Virus record (IMG/VR): IMGVR_UViG_3300041935_000006 | Span: 1 to 45,147 of that record | DNA: 45,147 nucleotides | Direction: 5' to 3' (one strand) | Source: a virus | Shown here: positions 41,522 to 45,147 of the stretch, piece by piece | How positions within the stretch are numbered: the first letter of the stretch is position 1 | How the letters are laid out: each line of letters starts with the position of its first letter | Notes under the pieces: model-generated | What the model saw: the letters and a program-made list of their open reading frames with translations, nothing else | Database searches by the model: none | Told to the model about the DNA's origin: nothing | Program-made: the position numbers and the translations under genes

Positions 41522-41946
41522 TGGTTCACCGTCGCTTCCGGTGCGGCGGTGATTTCGGGCGCGGCCGTGATGTTGTCGTTCTCGGGTGAGGGCTCGATGC
41601 CCGGGAGCGCGGGCCGCGCAGCGAGAATCGCCTCGACGTCGCGCAACGGCGCCTCGGCCGCCTCACGTTGAGCGCGCACCGTTGCGAGCTTGCGATCGAT
41701 CTTCTCGGTCGCGGTGATGCGCTGCGCCTCGAGCTTTTCCTCGAGCGCGACGAGCGTGCCGAGCTTGCTGCGATGCGAGCTCGCGAGTGCGCGCAGCTGC
41801 GCGTTGAAATCCTTACTCGCGCGAGGCGTACCCTCACCGCGAGGCTTGCGCGCCTTTTTCTCGGCCGGCGCTGCGCCACCATTGCCACCACCGACGCTCG
41901 TGAGCGGCCCGCGTGCCTTCTTTTCGGTTGCCGATTGCTTGCTCAT
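41518..41946 (-). CDS. Hypothetical basic/coiled-coil protein (142 aa)
   Basis: ATG 41946 (MSKQSATEKK...). The frame looks coding. Confidence 0.5.
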   Translation of the reverse strand: MSKQSATEKKARGPLTSVGGGNGGAAPAEKKARKPRGEGTPRASKDFNAQLRALASSHRSKLGTLVALEEKLEAQRITATEKIDRKLATVRAQREAAEAPLRDVEAILAARPALPGIEPSPENDNITAAPEITAAPEATVNQ

Positions 41947-42235
41947 GATGATCCGTCTCCGATTGCGCCGAGCGCGACGTGCGCTCGGGAACATTGCCTC
42001 GCACCGAGTCGATCGCCGCGCGCAGATCGAGCGCGTACAGGATCGAGGTGCGCCGTATCCCAAACTCGCGATCGAGGTGCGCGTCGTCGAGGCGCCACCG
42101 ACGCTCGAGATCCTCGAACACCTGCAAGAGCTCCTCGCGGTAGTCGACGATGTACTCGACGCGGCCCGCGAACGTGCGCACGCGGCAAAGCTGCTCGCCG
42201 AACACGTACTCGCGATGCGTTGCGCGTCGTTTCAT
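41834..42235 (-). CDS. Hypothetical protein (133 aa), 3' end overlaps next gene
   Basis: ATG 42235 forms an ATGA overlap with the upstream stop, which supports translation. The last 113 nt overlap 41518..41946 in another frame. Confidence 0.4.
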   Translation of the reverse strand: MKRRATHREYVFGEQLCRVRTFAGRVEYIVDYREELLQVFEDLERRWRLDDAHLDREFGIRRTSILYALDLRAAIDSVRGNVPERTSRSAQSETDHHEQAIGNRKEGTRAAHERRWWQWWRSAGREKGAQASR

Positions 42236-42435
42236 TCGCGCACCGGGGGCGGTGTCAACGCGTCGTGCGCGTATTGGATGCGAGCCTTGAGCGTCGCGGC
42301 TCGCTCGTCGACGGCGGCGAGGCCGATCGGGAGCTCGAGCGCATCGAGCAGGATGCGCAGCTCCTCGCGCGTGAAGGTGAGCATCGCCTTATGCGTGTGC
42401 ATCGTCTGCACTGACTTGCCGATCTTGTCGCTCAC
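42232..42435 (-). CDS. Hypothetical protein (67 aa)
   Basis: GTG 42435 forms a GTGA overlap with the RuvC-like stop. Confidence 0.5.
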   Translation of the reverse strand: MSDKIGKSVQTMHTHKAMLTFTREELRILLDALELPIGLAAVDERAATLKARIQYAHDALTPPPVRE

Positions 42436-43058
42436 TTGCCGCCCCCGAACAGATCGCCCTGTTTGACCGCTGCGCGTTTGGCGCGGCCCTCGATGCGAGT
42501 CTTCATGCGCTCGGCGTCGTACCGTGCGAGCCCGTCGATCGACGCGAACACGGTGAGCGCAACGCCCTCGGCATGGTTGTCGTCGATCGGCTCCTCGCCG
42601 AGGTAAGCGCGAGCCCAGTCGACGGCCGCCTTCTTGACGTCGCCTCGAGTCGTGCCGTGCACGCGTGATCGCCATGTCGAGGGCTGCACCTCGAGCGCGT
42701 GCGAGGGATGCAGGCCGGCGACGTAAAGCATCCCGAGCCAGATGCCGTAATTCTTACCCATGCCGATCAGCGATGCGTTCGAGCGCTCGGGTGCAGCTTG
42801 CCGCGGGCCTTTGCGTTGCGTGGTGTGGTCCGCGTTCGTGAGACGCGTCGCCGGCATGTGGTCATGCTGCTCGAACATCACGAACAGCGCCGAGGCATCG
42901 CCGCACACGTACTCGAGCGCGAGCTGCACGACGGCAACGCGGTCGGCGACGTTCTTTGCGAGGCCGTGCCGAACCACCCGGCCGCGCTCGGGAGCGATGC
43001 CCCACCCGGTTTTGTTGCCCTGATCGAGGCCGAGCACGACGCGTCGGAGCTCGGTCAC
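42432..43058 (-). CDS. RuvC-like Holliday junction resolvase (RNase H fold)
   Basis: VLGLDQGNKTGWG (first catalytic Asp), FEQHD and PIDDNHAEGVAL (C-terminal acidic pair). Confidence 0.75.
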   Translation of the reverse strand: MTELRRVVLGLDQGNKTGWGIAPERGRVVRHGLAKNVADRVAVVQLALEYVCGDASALFVMFEQHDHMPATRLTNADHTTQRKGPRQAAPERSNASLIGMGKNYGIWLGMLYVAGLHPSHALEVQPSTWRSRVHGTTRGDVKKAAVDWARAYLGEEPIDDNHAEGVALTVFASIDGLARYDAERMKTRIEGRAKRAAVKQGDLFGGGK

Positions 43059-43073
43059 GACCGCACCCCCCCT

Positions 43074-43087
43074 GCAACGCGCGTTGC
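43074..43087. promoter_or_regulatory. 14-bp perfect palindrome GCAACGCGCGTTGC upstream of the resolvase gene
   Basis: Read directly. It lies 16 nt upstream of ATG 43058. Its core AACGCGCGTT is one base shorter than the AACGC(G/C)GCGTT core of the three promoter/operator sites. Confidence 0.3.
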
Positions 43088-43306
43088 GGCGGGTGGTGGT
43101 TCCCGTTGCACCCGCTCGAGCCCCTCGCGGACCCCCCCAAAAACGCCGATCGAGGTCCCTCGCGCTCCCGGCCCGCGGCGGCCCCTAGACGGCGCTCGAG
43201 CTGCGTGCGGCCGATCGCTCCCGAACCAGGCCCGACCGCCGCTCTCTACCCCCCGCCTCGTGCGCTGGGCATTTGTTCGACTCTGCTTTCGGCACGGTAG
43301 CCCCTC

Positions 43307-43429
43307 GGTCCCTACCCTACGCAGCACAGGTCCAGAGGTCCCTCTCCCTAAAGGAGAGAGGGACCTCAGGGACCTCTGTGCGGGTCCAGGTCCGGGACCT
43401 CGATGGACCTCGATGGACCTCGCGGACCT
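43307..43429. repeat. GGACCT/AGGTCC iteron array with long inverted repeat (candidate replication origin)
   Basis: AGGTCC at 43328, 43336 and 43388. GGACCT at 43361, 43370, 43395, 43405, 43415 and 43424. Variants at 43307 and 43382. The last four are spaced 10, 10 and 9 bp apart. The hairpin 43335-43346/43356-43367 has 12 contiguous bp. Confidence 0.8.
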
Positions 43430-43470
43430 CGGCGAATCGCTTGCACCGGGTGACAAACAGCCATGCATCC

Positions 43471-45039
43471 TCATGACGGCACTCCCGGTTGAGCAACCCG
43501 ATAGACCCCGTCGACGCGCACGAGCACCCCCTCTTCGACGAGCTCGCGGGTGATCGAGTTGCCGTCGCGCTTGCGCATGCCGGCGCCGCGAATGATGGCG
43601 GCGAGCGTGCGGCACTCCTCACGCGCGCACGCGGCGAGGGCTCGCTCGCGCAGCTGCGTTGACTTGGCTCGCTCGCGGTCGACGTCGTCATGCTCGGGCT
43701 TCTCGATCTCGCGCCAAGAGAGCGACGAGAAGTCGAGCCGCGTGCGGATCTCGGGTTTGGCACTGCCGAGGCGGTTTTTCGCGACCTCGAGATCGACGAC
43801 GCCGACCTCGCCGGTGACCGAGCGCAACCCGATCAGCAAGTGCGCGGCGTACTCGATAGCCCGCGACTCGGCGCCGGCACCGAGCGCGCTGATATCCTGA
43901 TCGCGCTTGCCCGTGCGATACCCCGCGCGGCTCATCTCCGAAATCGCGACGACGAGCGTGCCGCGGCGGCAAATGCGCTTGATCACCCGCACCGTCGCTT
44001 CGATCTGCTCGCGGGTGGTCTCGTACTGCAACGCCTCGCGACACGGCACGGTTTGGATCGAGTCCACGAACATCACGCGCGGCCGGTCGCCTGCGCCCTC
44101 GAGCAAGAGCCGCTCGGCATCCTCGAGAAACAGCTCGTCGTCGTACGGGTCGATCACGACGATCGCGCGAGCTCGGGAGCTGCGCGCGAAGGTCTCACGT
44201 CGACCGGGGTCGACACCCTCGAGCGCCTCGCGGTCGTGCCCGTCGAGCTGACCGAGCCGCGTGACAATCGCCTCGCGCGACTCGTCGGCCGCGAGGAATG
44301 CAACCGCGCACCCGGCCCGCTCCCATCCATCGGCGAGCCATGCGCACAGATTCGTCTTACTCGCACCCGGCGCACCGAGCAGTGCGACAAAGCGGCCGAG
44401 AGGCAGACCCCCACGCGTCGCCGCGTCGAGCGCCGGCAACCCGGTCGGCAAACGCGTGCCGACGGCGCCGAGTGCGAGTGCGAGCTCAGAGAGCGTCGGG
44501 ATGCGCGCGACAGACTCGTCACGGTCGACGGCCTCAAGGGCTGCGCGCGCACCATCGAGCGCGGCGAGGTACCGCGGGAGCTCGTCACTCCCGGCCTTGC
44601 CGGCGACGAGCGCGGCGGCATCGTGCACCGCGCGTCGACGAGCGAGCCGGCGCAATCGACGCGTGTCGGTCTGATCGCTCGGCATGGTCTCGGTGACCGC
44701 GAGCAAATACTCATCGCCGCCGACGGCACCGAGCCGACCCGCGTCGTGCAGCGCGTCGTGCAACGCGGCCGTGTCGTGAGGTTTGCCCTCCGACGCGAGC
44801 TTGCACAGAACCGCGAAGATCTGGCCGTTCGAGTGCGAGTAAAAGTCGTCGGGCACGACCTTTGACGCGAGCGCGAACCCGGGCAAGAGCATCGCCGCGC
44901 ACAACACCGCGCGCTCGAGCACGAGGTCGTGCAGCTCGAGCCGATCCTCGTGCCGCAAGCTCGCCGCTCGGCCGTTGCTTGGCGTCGGTTTCACGGCCCG
45001 CACCGGCCCCCCACTCGTGTTTGATGATTCAGCACGCAC
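43471..45039 (-). CDS. DnaB-family replicative helicase with winged-helix-like C-terminal extension
   Basis: DnaB N-domain pattern ERAVLCAAMLLP...DFYSHSNGQIFAVL. Walker A LLGAPGASKT and Walker B VMFVDS. The C-terminal 70 aa (RTLAAIIRGAGMRKRDGNSITRELVEEGVLVRVDGVYRV) look like a wHTH. The GTG start at 45039 is uncertain. Confidence 0.8.
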   Translation of the reverse strand: MRAESSNTSGGPVRAVKPTPSNGRAASLRHEDRLELHDLVLERAVLCAAMLLPGFALASKVVPDDFYSHSNGQIFAVLCKLASEGKPHDTAALHDALHDAGRLGAVGGDEYLLAVTETMPSDQTDTRRLRRLARRRAVHDAAALVAGKAGSDELPRYLAALDGARAALEAVDRDESVARIPTLSELALALGAVGTRLPTGLPALDAATRGGLPLGRFVALLGAPGASKTNLCAWLADGWERAGCAVAFLAADESREAIVTRLGQLDGHDREALEGVDPGRRETFARSSRARAIVVIDPYDDELFLEDAERLLLEGAGDRPRVMFVDSIQTVPCREALQYETTREQIEATVRVIKRICRRGTLVVAISEMSRAGYRTGKRDQDISALGAGAESRAIEYAAHLLIGLRSVTGEVGVVDLEVAKNRLGSAKPEIRTRLDFSSLSWREIEKPEHDDVDRERAKSTQLRERALAACAREECRTLAAIIRGAGMRKRDGNSITRELVEEGVLVRVDGVYRVAQPGVPS

Positions 45040-45147
45040 AACCCCCCGCGCGCGCTGTTAGTGAGAGCTCTTCACGTCTGCATCGTCGTCGTCGTCGTCA
45101 CTATCGTCGTCGTCGTCACCCGGGCCGACCGGGTTCGGGTCGAACAG
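45021..45147. repeat. Terminal direct repeat, right copy (identical to 1..127)
   Basis: See the left copy. Exact 127-bp identity. Confidence 0.95.

Noticed and set aside
43335-43367. Inverted repeat as the intrinsic terminator of the helicase gene
   Set aside because: Read on the minus strand the hairpin is not followed by a U tract. It is also built from the same GGACCT units as the flanking direct repeats, so a protein-binding or origin role is more coherent.

Overview
This window is a complete, self-closing phage genome of about 45.0 kb with high G+C, not a chromosomal segment. Bases 1-127 recur exactly at 45021-45147, so the unique length is 45020 bp. I can support about 75 protein-coding genes. 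They are tightly packed, with many ATGA/GTGA start-stop overlaps.

Layout on the closed circle:
- A divergent HTH pair (Cro-like 1680..1919 and CI-like 1941..2618) sits around a palindromic promoter/operator.
- From that switch a long minus-strand unit runs through a NUMOD4 protein, a DNA methyltransferase, a DnaB-like helicase, a RuvC-like resolvase and an HNH endonuclease.
- The same unit continues through packaging (large terminase, portal), head (S49 protease-scaffold, Mu gpT-like capsid) and contractile tail (sheath, tube, frameshifted chaperone, tape measure).
- It ends with baseplate genes, LamG-like fibre genes and an amidase endolysin that stops at 15626.
- Plus-strand blocks carry an exonuclease/recombination set (2.0-7.4 kb) and a ParA + ribbon-helix-helix partition-like cassette followed by small unknown genes (9.7-15.6 kb).

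I recognised no integrase, transposase, protelomerase, tRNA, rRNA or CRISPR array.

The most interesting signals are non-coding:
1. Four dispersed arrays of ACATGT-core repeats phased at 8/16 bp (9.63, 11.68, 15.60 and 39.52 kb). The first lies directly upstream of parA, which suggests scattered centromere/regulatory sites for the RHH protein and an episomal (phage-plasmid) lifestyle.
2. A dense, helically phased GGACCT iteron array with a long inverted repeat (43307-43429). It lies next to a helicase carrying a winged-helix-like C-terminal extension and is a candidate origin.
3. A 30-bp palindromic promoter/operator present three times. At two sites its geometry implies leaderless early transcripts. 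At the switch both directions share one palindromic -10.
4. A low-G+C repeat island that lies in frame inside ORF 12931..14007.

All functional calls come from reading translated ORFs and motifs by eye. No database or structure search was run.
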